Below, one piece after another: positions 28,444 through 37,780 of a stretch of DNA of 64,000 nucleotides. Source of the DNA: Candidatus Omnitrophota bacterium (GTDB taxonomy: Bacteria > Hinthialibacterota > Hinthialibacteria > Hinthialibacterales > JAKPRU01); NCBI GenBank assembly GCA_029570205.1, contig JAKQSI010000048.1, forward strand, positions 20,857 to 84,856, given 5' to 3'. The notes beneath the pieces were generated by a model that had not been told where the DNA came from, made no database searches, and saw nothing but the letters and a program-made list of their open reading frames with translations. A program made the translations under genes and the position numbers. The stretch's first letter is position 1; the number at the start of each line of letters is the position of its first letter.

Positions 28444-29397
28444 TTGCGAATCATCTTCACCGGTCGGACAAAACGAAGGACGCAGGCGGGGTTGCATCTA
28501 ATGGATGGTTTTCGACACGCGGGATGCAGAGTGAAGTGGTTGCGTACCACTTGGTTTGAACAATTGTTCGGTCCGAAAGGGTTGATTGCCCGAGCGAGGC
28601 GGTTCCGACCGGACATGCTCTTTCTCTATACCCACAAACCATCTTTACCCATGGTCGAGTCCTTATTGGCTGACGGAGTTCCCATGTTGTTCTTTTTGCC
28701 TTCAATCCATCGTGAACCGGAACCGGAGATTCTCGACTTGGCTCGAAAAAGCACCATCTTTTTTATCAACAACCAGGGGCAACTTGATTTCTTTCGTGAG
28801 GCGGGATGTCAAGATGTTCGTTTCCTGACTCAGGGATTCGATCCCGGCACACATTATCCTGATCCCAATCCGCATCCTCGGTGGCACAGTGAGGTAGCCT
28901 TTATTGGAAAATGCCGCCCGGGCGATGGGCGATCGGCTGTCATTGAACCGCTCGCCCGCCGGTGGGATGTGAAATTGTATGGTTTGGGATGGGACGAAGT
29001 CGGATTACGCGCCGCACGGCGTGTAGTGTATCCGCCGCAATACCGCGCAATCTGCGCTGCCGCCGCCATCATTCTGGGAGTGGACACTCAGCCGGATATC
29101 CCTCTCTGTTTCTCCAACCGGACCTGGCTCACTCTGGGCTGCAAGGGTTTTCTTCTGACCAGCTATGTTCCACAACTGGAAGAGTTGTTCGAAAATCACA
29201 AGCATCTGGTGTGGTATCGGTCTCCCGAAGAATGTCAGGAAATGGTCGAGTATTACCTGGCCCATCCGGAAGAGCGAAAACGGATTGCACAGGCCGGGCA
29301 TCAACTGACGTTGCAGAACTACACGTACGATCACATTGCAAAACGGATTCTGGATGCGTTTTACGAGAAGATGGGCATCCCGCCCTCCCCGGCTTAA
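28444..29397 (+). CDS. CgeB-like (DUF3880/glycosyltransferase-group-1-like) glycosyltransferase
   Basis: TTG start. 317 aa. The C-terminal half (VKLYGLGWDE...WYRSPEECQEMVEYYLAHPEERKRIAQAG) resembles spore-maturation CgeB-type GT domains. Confidence 0.45.
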   Translation: MRIIFTGRTKRRTQAGLHLMDGFRHAGCRVKWLRTTWFEQLFGPKGLIARARRFRPDMLFLYTHKPSLPMVESLLADGVPMLFFLPSIHREPEPEILDLARKSTIFFINNQGQLDFFREAGCQDVRFLTQGFDPGTHYPDPNPHPRWHSEVAFIGKCRPGDGRSAVIEPLARRWDVKLYGLGWDEVGLRAARRVVYPPQYRAICAAAAIILGVDTQPDIPLCFSNRTWLTLGCKGFLLTSYVPQLEELFENHKHLVWYRSPEECQEMVEYYLAHPEERKRIAQAGHQLTLQNYTYDHIAKRILDAFYEKMGIPPSPA

Positions 29398-30119
29398 CGA
29401 GATTCGTTCTCATCCCTGACCTCCAACACCGCCAGGTACTCCAGGTCAAACGGCCAGAGAACATCCAGAAAAGACCGGACGATTCTGATCCGCGCAACGG
29501 TTCGAAACCCCACCGATTCAATCTGCGGAAGGAGTTCCGCACGAGTCCGGTATTTCTTTGTTCGCCACTCGATTCCAAACACATGCGCAAACAGCAGTTT
29601 CAGCGCCCGCCAGGGACAGAAGGTTCGCAAGTGCTGCGACTGGGCGATCAGGTATCGCCTGGTCACACGCCGGAATTCGCGCAGGACTTCCAGGCGGATT
29701 TCCTGCGGGAGAAGGCTCAGGAACTTGAAAGATAGAACCGCATCGAAGGTTTTATCCGGGAAGGGCAAGGCCGTTCCATCCAACTGCACCAGGTCGAATG
29801 CTTTCCGAATGCCCGCATATTTCTCCAGGCAGACTTGCATCATCTCCAGAGAGATATCTCCGCCGACATATTCCATGCGTTTGCGGATGACAAATTCGGT
29901 CCATCTGCCGGTCCCACAGGGGATATCCAGTACTCGGCTTCCATCAGGGAGAAGACGCAGTGCTCTGTCCAACGCTTTCTGTGTGGAGCGGTTGTAACGA
30001 GCGAGTGAAGGCGAACCGAATTTCCGGTCATCGTAAGTCCGGGCGGCCTCGGCGTCGCGGTAGTGGTATTTTCTGAAATACTCTTTTGTCATGCTTTTCA
30101 TCCTGTCTCCGGTTGGCAT
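29394..30119 (-). CDS. class I SAM-dependent methyltransferase
   Basis: Motif I 'VLDIPCGTGRWT'. Motif II-like 'FDAVLSF'. 241 aa. Confidence 0.55.
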   Translation of the reverse strand: MPTGDRMKSMTKEYFRKYHYRDAEAARTYDDRKFGSPSLARYNRSTQKALDRALRLLPDGSRVLDIPCGTGRWTEFVIRKRMEYVGGDISLEMMQVCLEKYAGIRKAFDLVQLDGTALPFPDKTFDAVLSFKFLSLLPQEIRLEVLREFRRVTRRYLIAQSQHLRTFCPWRALKLLFAHVFGIEWRTKKYRTRAELLPQIESVGFRTVARIRIVRSFLDVLWPFDLEYLAVLEVRDENESR

Positions 30120-31297
30120 GGCAAAAAATGATCTCCCTGTGGATCGAACCGTTCAAGGGAGAAGATATGACTGAGACGATAGTGCGCCGGCTGTCGCGTA
30201 TCCCAAATCAGTCTTCCTCTCTGTTCAGAAGGGGTTTCCAGAATCATGGCGACCGGAGTTTCCCGGATCTGCTCTCTCATGCTTTTCTCAACTGCGCTGC
30301 GCCAGATCTCGCGCAGCTCGGTTGGAGAGCCTGTCAGATCCTCTCCACGAAGTCCTTCGGGCAAATCCGGGCCGGAAATCCATTCCAGAATCCGCCCCGC
30401 ATCGTATTTTCGATCCATATAAACCAGTCGTGTGTCCGATTGGACCGTGCGGAAATACGTGCGGTTCTCGCAGCATTGCCCGGCGACTGTCGCAATGCGT
30501 CTTTCCATACGCTTCCGGTGAACCTTGTCCCACGAATCCCGAATGGACCGACAGAGGAGGCTTTCGGATGATGCATACACAGCGGCCAAGTCTAACCGCT
30601 CCCTCCGGTCGTAGTATGCGCTGAAGTACTCCAGAACCTCCGAAATGTCCTCGGTTCGCCGCTTTATATCCCCCGGCCAGAGAAATCGGGATCGGTGAAA
30701 GTCGATGAAATAGAACCGCATTTCATCCGGATCGATCAGGATATTCCCGGGATTGAGGTCGCCATGATACACGTTGACCTCGTGTATTCTTCGGACTGAG
30801 GCGAGAATCCTTGTCAGGACCAGGCTGACCTGTCGTCGAGCGGATTCCCCCCGTTCCTGAAATTGTTCAAAACTCCATGTGCCCAGAGTTTGGAGATTGG
30901 ACGGGGACCGGATAACCAGGACATTTTCCACCTCGAACGGGAGCTTTCTTCGAATCCCCACGGCAACAAGATCGTTAACCGGTACCCCGGCGCCTTGAAG
31001 TTTCAGCATAATTCGGGCTTCGCGGCTGGCGGGCGGTGTGCGGAACAGGTAGCGAATGGAATTGCGTTTGTATGTTTTTACGTAAATCGCGCTGGTTGCG
31101 CGGTCGCCGGGGAGTCGCCGGATGCTTTTGTGCCCGGAATCCTTGATCGTAGAGGTGTCTTCCGGCCGGTCATCCGGGCGGGAGAGGATCGTCAGAATCC
31201 GCCGCGCCGACTCCAATTCGGAGCGTGGAACACGCCATACATAAGGTGGTTCCACCACGCGGACAAGAGGAAAGCGCTTATGTCCCCACACGGGCAT
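30098..31297 (-). CDS. lipopolysaccharide kinase (Kdo/WaaP/InaA) family protein
   Basis: Catalytic loop 'YHGDLNPGNILID' and 'YFIDFHRSRF'. It overlaps the upstream methyltransferase gene by 22 nt. Confidence 0.55.
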   Translation of the reverse strand: MPVWGHKRFPLVRVVEPPYVWRVPRSELESARRILTILSRPDDRPEDTSTIKDSGHKSIRRLPGDRATSAIYVKTYKRNSIRYLFRTPPASREARIMLKLQGAGVPVNDLVAVGIRRKLPFEVENVLVIRSPSNLQTLGTWSFEQFQERGESARRQVSLVLTRILASVRRIHEVNVYHGDLNPGNILIDPDEMRFYFIDFHRSRFLWPGDIKRRTEDISEVLEYFSAYYDRRERLDLAAVYASSESLLCRSIRDSWDKVHRKRMERRIATVAGQCCENRTYFRTVQSDTRLVYMDRKYDAGRILEWISGPDLPEGLRGEDLTGSPTELREIWRSAVEKSMREQIRETPVAMILETPSEQRGRLIWDTRQPAHYRLSHIFSLERFDPQGDHFLPCQPETG

Positions 31298-31366
31298 CTT
31301 CCCGGCTGATTATCCTTTGCGCGTTGATTGGCAACTTTTGTGTGCCGAAAGTCTGTGATTCGCATC

Positions 31367-31549
31367 TTACGGCTTTCTCATGGATTTTTCATCCTGAGCC
31401 GATTGCCCCTTTTTTCGGCGCAGCACGGCATCCCGAAGGATGAACTCGATCTGGGCATTGACACTTCGCAGTTCCTGCTCAGCCCATCCGCAGATATCCT
31501 CCCATAACTTAGGATCGAGACGCAAGAGGAATTGTTTTCGCTCTGCCAT
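31367..31549 (-). CDS. ribbon-helix-helix (Arc/CopG-type) small DNA-binding protein
   Basis: 60 aa. 'KQFLLRLDPKLWEDICGWAEQELRSVNAQIEFILRDAV' fits a beta-strand + two-helix RHH pattern. Confidence 0.4.
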   Translation of the reverse strand: MAERKQFLLRLDPKLWEDICGWAEQELRSVNAQIEFILRDAVLRRKKGQSAQDEKSMRKP

Positions 31550-31559
31550 CGGTTTCTTG

Positions 31560-32441
31560 TCACGGATAAAGCGTTCCGGTGTTCACGATCGGCTTTGCGG
31601 ATTCCTCGCCGCACAAGACCACCATGAGGTTGCTGACCATCGCCGCCTTGCGTTCGTTATCGAGGTCAACGATTTTCTTTTCGCCGAGGAGCGTCAGGGC
31701 CATTTCCACCATTCCCACCGCGCCTTCCACAATCTGCTGACGTGCCTGCACGACTGCGCGCGCCTGTTGCCGACGCAGCATGGCTCCGGCGATCTCGGAG
31801 GCATACGCCAAGTGGCTGATGCGCGCTTCAATTACCTGGACTCCGGCGTGGCCCAGACGTTCCTGCAATTCCCGCTGCAAGTCATGGTTGACATCTTCTG
31901 TTCCCCCGCGCAGGGTTAACTCATTCGGGTCCGTCGAATCGTAATGATACCGGCCTGCCAGGTTGCGGACTGCCGCCTCACTCTGGGTGGACACGTAATC
32001 GGAGTAATCGTCCACGTCAAACAGCGCCTGCGCGGTGTTCTCCACTCTCCATACCACGACTGCCGCAATATCAATCGGATTCCCGCTCTTGTCGTTCACT
32101 TTCAACTTGTCGCCGTTCAGATTCCTTGCCCGAAGGGAGATTTTCTTGACCGACATGAACGGGTTCCGCCACCAGAAGCCATTCTTTTTGACCGTTCCCT
32201 TGTAATCGCCGAACAGCACCAGCGCCGCGGCCTCATTGGGCCAAAGCACAAAGAATCCGAGGGTCATCAGAATCGCGGCAATCAGCGGGACCGGGATCCA
32301 CAGCCACGGTTTCGGTGCGCCCCGACCCTGGACCGCTATGATCCCCTCGATGAACAACCATACAAAAAGGGCATACGCCAGCACAGTGATCGCCAGCATC
32401 CTCCATCCCGAAACCGCCTCACAAGTCTTCTCGTTCGTCAT
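31560..32441 (-). CDS. SPFH/Band-7 (stomatin/flotillin-like) membrane protein
   Basis: Two N-terminal TM helices, then an SPFH core (NGDKLKVNDKSGNPIDIAAVVVWRV...) and a coiled-coil C-terminus. Confidence 0.65.
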   Translation of the reverse strand: MTNEKTCEAVSGWRMLAITVLAYALFVWLFIEGIIAVQGRGAPKPWLWIPVPLIAAILMTLGFFVLWPNEAAALVLFGDYKGTVKKNGFWWRNPFMSVKKISLRARNLNGDKLKVNDKSGNPIDIAAVVVWRVENTAQALFDVDDYSDYVSTQSEAAVRNLAGRYHYDSTDPNELTLRGGTEDVNHDLQRELQERLGHAGVQVIEARISHLAYASEIAGAMLRRQQARAVVQARQQIVEGAVGMVEMALTLLGEKKIVDLDNERKAAMVSNLMVVLCGEESAKPIVNTGTLYP

Positions 32442-32468
32442 TCTATTTCTCCGAGAGATGATATGGTT

Positions 32469-32489
32469 ATGATATCAATTCAATATCAT
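32469..32489. promoter_or_regulatory. perfect palindrome ATGATAT-N7-ATATCAT in the divergent SPFH/prepilin promoter region (candidate operator)
   Basis: 7-bp inverted repeat with a 7-nt spacer, about 25 nt upstream of the SPFH start codon. Confidence 0.3.
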
Positions 32490-32652
32490 ATCGCAGAATT
32501 GGTCCTCGCGCAAGAGGCGAGTTTTTTTCTCCTTTCTTGCCTTGCGAAAGCCTCCGATTCTTTGATTCCATCACACCAGCGATTATGATATATCCGGCAC
32601 AAAAAATAACCCGAAGTTTCAGATTGCTTTAAGAAGATAAGGAGGATTCTTG

Positions 32653-33246
32653 GTGCGCATGAAATCCGGATTTACCCTGATTGAGCTGCTGATCGTGGTG
32701 GCTATTATCGGCATTCTGGCAGCGATTGCCGTTCCGAATTTCCTGAATGCGCAGACACGGGCCAAAATTGCGCGGGTAGAAGCGGATGCGAAAAACATCA
32801 GCACCGCCATTGAATCTTATCGTTTGGACACAAACGAATACCTGCCCGACGCCCGGTCCGGGCTGTATGTGCATTTTTCATTGAATTGGGAGGACTATCC
32901 CTCGTCCGGGAAACACCTCACCACGCCGGTGGCCTATATGTCCTCCATTCCGTTCGACCCGTTCAGCAGCAAAGTCAAATTCGAGGGATGGACTCCGATC
33001 CAGAATGCCGAACAATATCAAAAGGCGATGTTCTTTCTGAACCGGAAGTACAATGAGGGTATCAATTCCTGGGAGCCGGGACTGCCGTTTGAGCATCTAT
33101 TCAGGGGCGCGCAATGGCACCTCTATTCCGTGGGACCGTCCGTTGATTACGGATTTCGGGAGCAGATGACCGCCTGTTGGATGATTCCGTACGATCCAAG
33201 CAACGGGCTGACCAGCCGTGGGGGGATCTGGAGGATCGGGCCGTAA
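32653..33246 (+). CDS. prepilin-type N-terminal cleavage/methylation domain protein (type II secretion/type IV pseudopilin-like)
   Basis: GGAGGA RBS. Leader + 'KSGFTLIELLIVVAIIGILAAIAVPNFL' class-III signal. ~195 aa. Confidence 0.65.
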   Translation: MRMKSGFTLIELLIVVAIIGILAAIAVPNFLNAQTRAKIARVEADAKNISTAIESYRLDTNEYLPDARSGLYVHFSLNWEDYPSSGKHLTTPVAYMSSIPFDPFSSKVKFEGWTPIQNAEQYQKAMFFLNRKYNEGINSWEPGLPFEHLFRGAQWHLYSVGPSVDYGFREQMTACWMIPYDPSNGLTSRGGIWRIGP

Positions 33247-33320
33247 CGATTGGGGATTGCGAATTGAGGTCCGAAAATCGCAGACCCGGCATCGGAGTAT
33301 AATCGCAGAGCCAAGCCGTC

Positions 33321-33340
33321 ATTCCGGCGCAAGCCGGAAT
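33321..33340. terminator. hairpin ATTCCGGC-GCAA-GCCGGAAT (8-bp stem, GNRA loop) between convergent prepilin and hemL genes; a second ATTCC-(N8-9)-GGAT-like hairpin follows
   Basis: Sequence inspection. There is no T-tract, so intrinsic-terminator status is uncertain. Confidence 0.25.
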
Positions 33341-33358
33341 CCAAGCCAGTGGATTCAG

Positions 33359-34687
33359 TCAATCCGTCTCTTTTCCCAGCTCATTCAATTGATTTTCCGG
33401 TGTCTCCGCCAACTTGGCAAAGACGTCCTCCGCTATTCTTACTACTCGCTGAAGCACGGGTAATGTGTGCGCCGTGCTGATAAACATGGCCTCAAATTGC
33501 GAGGGAGGCAGCAATATCCCCTCATTGCACATCAAGCGCCAGAATGCCCCGAAAAGCGCGGTATGGCTGGTCTTGGCGGACCGGAAATCCGTGACCGGCC
33601 TGTCGGTGAAGAAGACGGTCATCATGGAGGCGACCCGGTTGCAGGTCACGGGCAAACGCGCCTCTTTGGCGGCGGTTGTGATTCCTTCGGCAAATGTGGA
33701 GGACTTTTCCTCCAGGTCATCATACAATTTCGGGGTTTTGAGAAGAGAAAGTGTGGTGATTCCGGCGGCTGTCGCCAGGGGATTTCCACTGAGTGTTCCC
33801 GCCTGGTACACATCCCCGGACGGGGCAATCCGGGACATGATCTCGGCCCGGCCTCCGTAAGCGCCCACCGGCATTCCGCCGCCGACAATCTTGCCCAACG
33901 TAGTGAGATCCGGCAGTACACCATAGCGCTGCTGCGCACCCCCTAACCCGACCCGAAATCCGGTTATGACCTCATCGAAAATCAGCAGGGTCCCTTCCTT
34001 TTTGGAGAGTTCGCGCAACGCCGTGAGATAGCCCTCTTGCGGAGGAACAACACCCATGTTGCCTGCCACCGGCTCGATGATATGCGCGGCAATCTGCCCC
34101 TTATGTTCCGCATAAACTCTTTTCACTGCCTCAATATCGTTGTAAGGAACCACAAGGGTGTCTTCTACCACGGAGGGCGGAATCCCCGGTGTCGCGGGAA
34201 TGGAGAGAGTTGCCATGCCGGAACCGGACGAAGCCAGCAGGGCATCTACGTGACCGTGATACCCGCCCGCGCAGATCAGAATCTTGTTGCGACCTGTGAA
34301 AGCCCTGGCAAGACGGATGGCGCTCATGGTCGCCTCGGTTCCCGAATTCACCAGGCGAACCATTTCGATAGATGGAACCATCGAGACAATCATCTCGGCA
34401 AGTTCCAATTCCCGCTCTGTCGGGAGACCGAAACTCAAGCCGCTCTTAACCGTCTTCTGAACAGCCTCCACAACCTGCTTGTGGGCATGACCCAGAATTA
34501 AAGGCCCCCAGGATCCTACAAAGTCGATATACTGATTCCCATCCACATCCGTGACATAACACCCTTTACCACCGGCAATAACCGGAATACTCCGGCCCAC
34601 GGCTTTCCCCGCGCGGACAGGACTATTCACGCCTCCGGGGATCACTTTCTGAGCTCGCCGGTGGATTTCTTCAGACGAATTTTTCAT
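33359..34687 (-). CDS. hemL: glutamate-1-semialdehyde 2,1-aminomutase
   Basis: 'AQKVIPGGVNSPVRA' N-terminus. PLP-lysine region 'LIFDEVITGFRVGLGGAQ...DLTTLGKIVGGG'. 442 aa. Confidence 0.9.
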   Translation of the reverse strand: MKNSSEEIHRRAQKVIPGGVNSPVRAGKAVGRSIPVIAGGKGCYVTDVDGNQYIDFVGSWGPLILGHAHKQVVEAVQKTVKSGLSFGLPTERELELAEMIVSMVPSIEMVRLVNSGTEATMSAIRLARAFTGRNKILICAGGYHGHVDALLASSGSGMATLSIPATPGIPPSVVEDTLVVPYNDIEAVKRVYAEHKGQIAAHIIEPVAGNMGVVPPQEGYLTALRELSKKEGTLLIFDEVITGFRVGLGGAQQRYGVLPDLTTLGKIVGGGMPVGAYGGRAEIMSRIAPSGDVYQAGTLSGNPLATAAGITTLSLLKTPKLYDDLEEKSSTFAEGITTAAKEARLPVTCNRVASMMTVFFTDRPVTDFRSAKTSHTALFGAFWRLMCNEGILLPPSQFEAMFISTAHTLPVLQRVVRIAEDVFAKLAETPENQLNELGKETD

Positions 34688-34930
34688 TGTTCACCTGCCA
34701 TGAAGCACATCGCTTACTGACTTTCGCACTGGGGCCTTCCGCGCTCCTCGACCCCTCGGTCCGATGGATTCAATCAATCGGCCTGGTTATGCTCATTCGG
34801 AGTCTCAGATTATGATTATGATAAAGACCACGCCAGGATAGTATATGGTCTCTCGGATTCTTGTGCAGCGAACACCGGCAAGATTGTCCGGGATCGGCCG
34901 GCGTGTCAAACAGGGGAATCTCAACCGATT

Positions 34931-35572
34931 ATGACGCGATATCCGCTCATGCTGGAACTGACAGGTCGAACCTGCCTCGTTGTCGGTGGAGGAGCCGTGG
35001 CGTTGCGCAAGATCCGGGCACTTCTTTCTGCCGGAGCCAGAGTGCGAGTGGTTGCGGAAGAAATCATTCCGGAGTTGCGTCTTTGTGCGACAAACCCGGA
35101 ATTGGAATTGAAAACCGGACGCTATGAGTCCGGCGACATGGAAGGGGCAGTCCTGGCGATTTCCGCAGCGGACGATCCGGAGATCAATCGACAGGTGTCT
35201 GAAGATGCGGACCGGCTTGGAATTCCCGTGAATGTGGTCGATGATCCCAAACTATGCACGTTCACCGTTCCCGCTGTTCTTCGACGCGGAGACCTCCTTA
35301 TCGCGGTTTCGACAGGCGGGAAGTGCCCAGCGTTATCTGTCCATATTCGGAATGTCCTTGAACATCGGTTCGGACCTGAGTACGCTGCCTATGTGGATTT
35401 TCTGGGCCGGATGCGAGAGTGGATCCGCGCTCAGTTTCCCGATGACCCCGTCATGCGCAGGAAAGCAAATCGGAAACTTGTTGAACTCGATTTGCTTGAC
35501 GATATTACCCGGGACATGGAAACCCGGGCGGAAGAGAAAGTGAAACAATGCATCTTGTCCTTATCGGATTAA
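34931..35572 (+). CDS. sirC: precorrin-2 dehydrogenase / sirohydrochlorin ferrochelatase (SirC / CysG N-terminal-domain-like)
   Basis: Rossmann 'CLVVGGGAVALRKIRALLSAGARVRVVA'. 213 aa. Context is in the tetrapyrrole cluster. Confidence 0.6.
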   Translation: MTRYPLMLELTGRTCLVVGGGAVALRKIRALLSAGARVRVVAEEIIPELRLCATNPELELKTGRYESGDMEGAVLAISAADDPEINRQVSEDADRLGIPVNVVDDPKLCTFTVPAVLRRGDLLIAVSTGGKCPALSVHIRNVLEHRFGPEYAAYVDFLGRMREWIRAQFPDDPVMRRKANRKLVELDLLDDITRDMETRAEEKVKQCILSLSD

Positions 35573-36804
35573 GCCACAAAACGGCTCCGATTGCCGTTCG
35601 CGAGCGGGTGGCCTTTACTCCCGAAGATCAGGAAACCGCACTTCTTCAGTTGAGAAAACATGAGGATGTAGAGGAGTGCATGATCCTCTCGACGTGCAAC
35701 CGGACGGAAGTCCTTACGGTGTTCCGCGACGGTTGCACCGCGCCCGATCTTCCGGTTCGGTTCCTTTCGAAGCAGAAAAACATCCCCATGGAGGAGTTGC
35801 AGGAACATATTTATACCTTCATAAATGCCGATGCCGTGGAGCATCTGTTCCGGGTTTGTGCGGGATTGGATTCGATGGTCGTGGGGGAAACACAGATCGC
35901 CTCACAGGTGAAGGACGCCTATTCCATGTCATGCTCCTGCCGGTGCAACGGGCGTCTTTTAAACCGTCTTTTGCACTGCGCTTTCGCGGTGAGCAAGCGG
36001 GTTCGCACCTCCACCGATATCAGCAAGGGTAGCCTTTCGGTGAGTTTTTCCGCTTGTGATCTCATTCAGAAAAGACTGGGGGACCTGAAAGAAAGAACCG
36101 CCTTGTTGATCGGGGTGGGCGAAACGGGACGACTTGTGGCACGGGACCTGGTGGAGCGGGGAATCGGACGTCTGAGAATCACCAACCGCACGTTCCATCG
36201 CGCACAGGAATTGGCCGGGGAACTGGGGGCCGCGGCTTTTCCTTTCGATCATTTACGGGAACAAATCGTTCAGGCCGACGTTCTTGTCTCCGCGACTATG
36301 GCTGAAACGCATATCCTGACCAAAGCGGATTTCGAAAAGATTGTCTCCGGCCGATCCAATCCCCTTGTGTGTATGGACTTGGGGGTTCCCAGGGATATGG
36401 ACCCGCGCATTGGTCAATTGCCGAATGTCTTGCTGTACAACATTGACGATTTACAAAGTATCGTAGAGGAGAATCGACGCAAACGGCACGAGGAAATCCA
36501 CAAGGGATACAGCATTGTCCGGGAGGAACGGGAAAACTTTGTCGATTGGTTTCGAACGCATCGTGCAGCTCCTGCCATCGAGGAACTTCAAAACATGTTG
36601 GAGCAGCTCCGTGCCTCGGAGATGGAGCCGTTGAAAACCATCCTTCAGAGCAAAGACTATGAGATGGTGGACCTGGCGACAAAATCCCTGATGCGAAAGA
36701 TCCTTCATCATCCGATTCTCCACCTGAAAGAAGCGGCCAGGCAGGAGGATCCCTGCGGGCAAATCCGCCTGATCGGTGATATTCTGGGAATACATGACGA
36801 TTAA
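35548..36804 (+). CDS. hemA: glutamyl-tRNA reductase
   Basis: 'LVLIGLSHKTAPIAVRERVAF'. Catalytic Cys region 'ILSTCNRTEV'. NADPH Rossmann 'LLIGVGETGRLVARDL'. Confidence 0.9.
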   Translation: MHLVLIGLSHKTAPIAVRERVAFTPEDQETALLQLRKHEDVEECMILSTCNRTEVLTVFRDGCTAPDLPVRFLSKQKNIPMEELQEHIYTFINADAVEHLFRVCAGLDSMVVGETQIASQVKDAYSMSCSCRCNGRLLNRLLHCAFAVSKRVRTSTDISKGSLSVSFSACDLIQKRLGDLKERTALLIGVGETGRLVARDLVERGIGRLRITNRTFHRAQELAGELGAAAFPFDHLREQIVQADVLVSATMAETHILTKADFEKIVSGRSNPLVCMDLGVPRDMDPRIGQLPNVLLYNIDDLQSIVEENRRKRHEEIHKGYSIVREERENFVDWFRTHRAAPAIEELQNMLEQLRASEMEPLKTILQSKDYEMVDLATKSLMRKILHHPILHLKEAARQEDPCGQIRLIGDILGIHDD

Positions 36805-37780
36805 CGCTTCTCTTCGAATTGGAACACGCGGCAGTCTTCTGGCCTTGCGGCAGACCGCGCAGGTCCGTGGCGCGCTCATTCGCGCGCATCCCGATTTGTG
36901 CGTGGAGATTTGTATTATCAAGACGACAGGCGACCGGGTTCAAAACACACCGTTACCGGAACTCGGAACCCAGGGGATTTTTACGAAAGAAATCGAGACA
37001 GCGCTGCTGAACGGGGAGATTGATGTGGCGGTCCACTCCCTGAAAGACCTGCCGACTCAGATGCCGTCCGGACTGGCGGTTCACGCGATCTGTGAGCGGG
37101 TCTGCCCTCTGGATGCGCTGATTACGCGGGATGGGGTGACATTACGGGAAATGCAACCGCATTCCACAATCGGGACCGGCAGTGTCCGCCGTCGGGCGCA
37201 GCTGCTTCGGCATCGTCCGGATTTGACTCTGGTGGATTTGCGCGGGAACCTCGATACGCGCCTCAAGAAGGTCGATTCTCCCGGCGCTCCCGATGGCGCG
37301 ATCCTGGCGTGCGCGGGATTGCACCGAATGGGATTGGAGCCTCGAATCACAGAGGTGTTTGACAGTCGGATTATGCTACCTGCGCCGGGGCAGGGGGCAG
37401 TCGCTGTCCAGGGCCGAGCGCAGGATGAAAAAACCGCCGGGATTCTCTCGATCCTGGAATGCCGGAAAACCCGTGCGGCGATCACCGCAGAGCGTGCCCT
37501 GATGCAGCGGCTCGGCGGGGGATGTCATGTCCCACTCGGTTGCCTGGGACAGATTGAGAATGGCGGCCTGACGCTGGAGGCCGGTGTGTTCAGTTTGGAC
37601 GGAACCGCCGCTGTGCGGATGTGTCTTTCGGGGGATCCGGATCAGGCGAAAGGGATCGGTATCCGTCTGGCCGAACAGATGCTCGCCGAAGGCGCGGAAG
37701 AAATTCTCGACGCCTGTGACCGGACCCTTCATTCGGGAACATGGCAAACACCCTCCATTCATTCCGAGGAACGATCTTGA
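36794..37780 (+). CDS. hemC: hydroxymethylbilane synthase (porphobilinogen deaminase)
   Basis: 'LRIGTRGSLLALRQT'. 'AVHSLKDLPT'. Dipyrromethane Cys region 'GGGCHVPLG'. Confidence 0.9.
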   Translation: MTINASLRIGTRGSLLALRQTAQVRGALIRAHPDLCVEICIIKTTGDRVQNTPLPELGTQGIFTKEIETALLNGEIDVAVHSLKDLPTQMPSGLAVHAICERVCPLDALITRDGVTLREMQPHSTIGTGSVRRRAQLLRHRPDLTLVDLRGNLDTRLKKVDSPGAPDGAILACAGLHRMGLEPRITEVFDSRIMLPAPGQGAVAVQGRAQDEKTAGILSILECRKTRAAITAERALMQRLGGGCHVPLGCLGQIENGGLTLEAGVFSLDGTAAVRMCLSGDPDQAKGIGIRLAEQMLAEGAEEILDACDRTLHSGTWQTPSIHSEERS

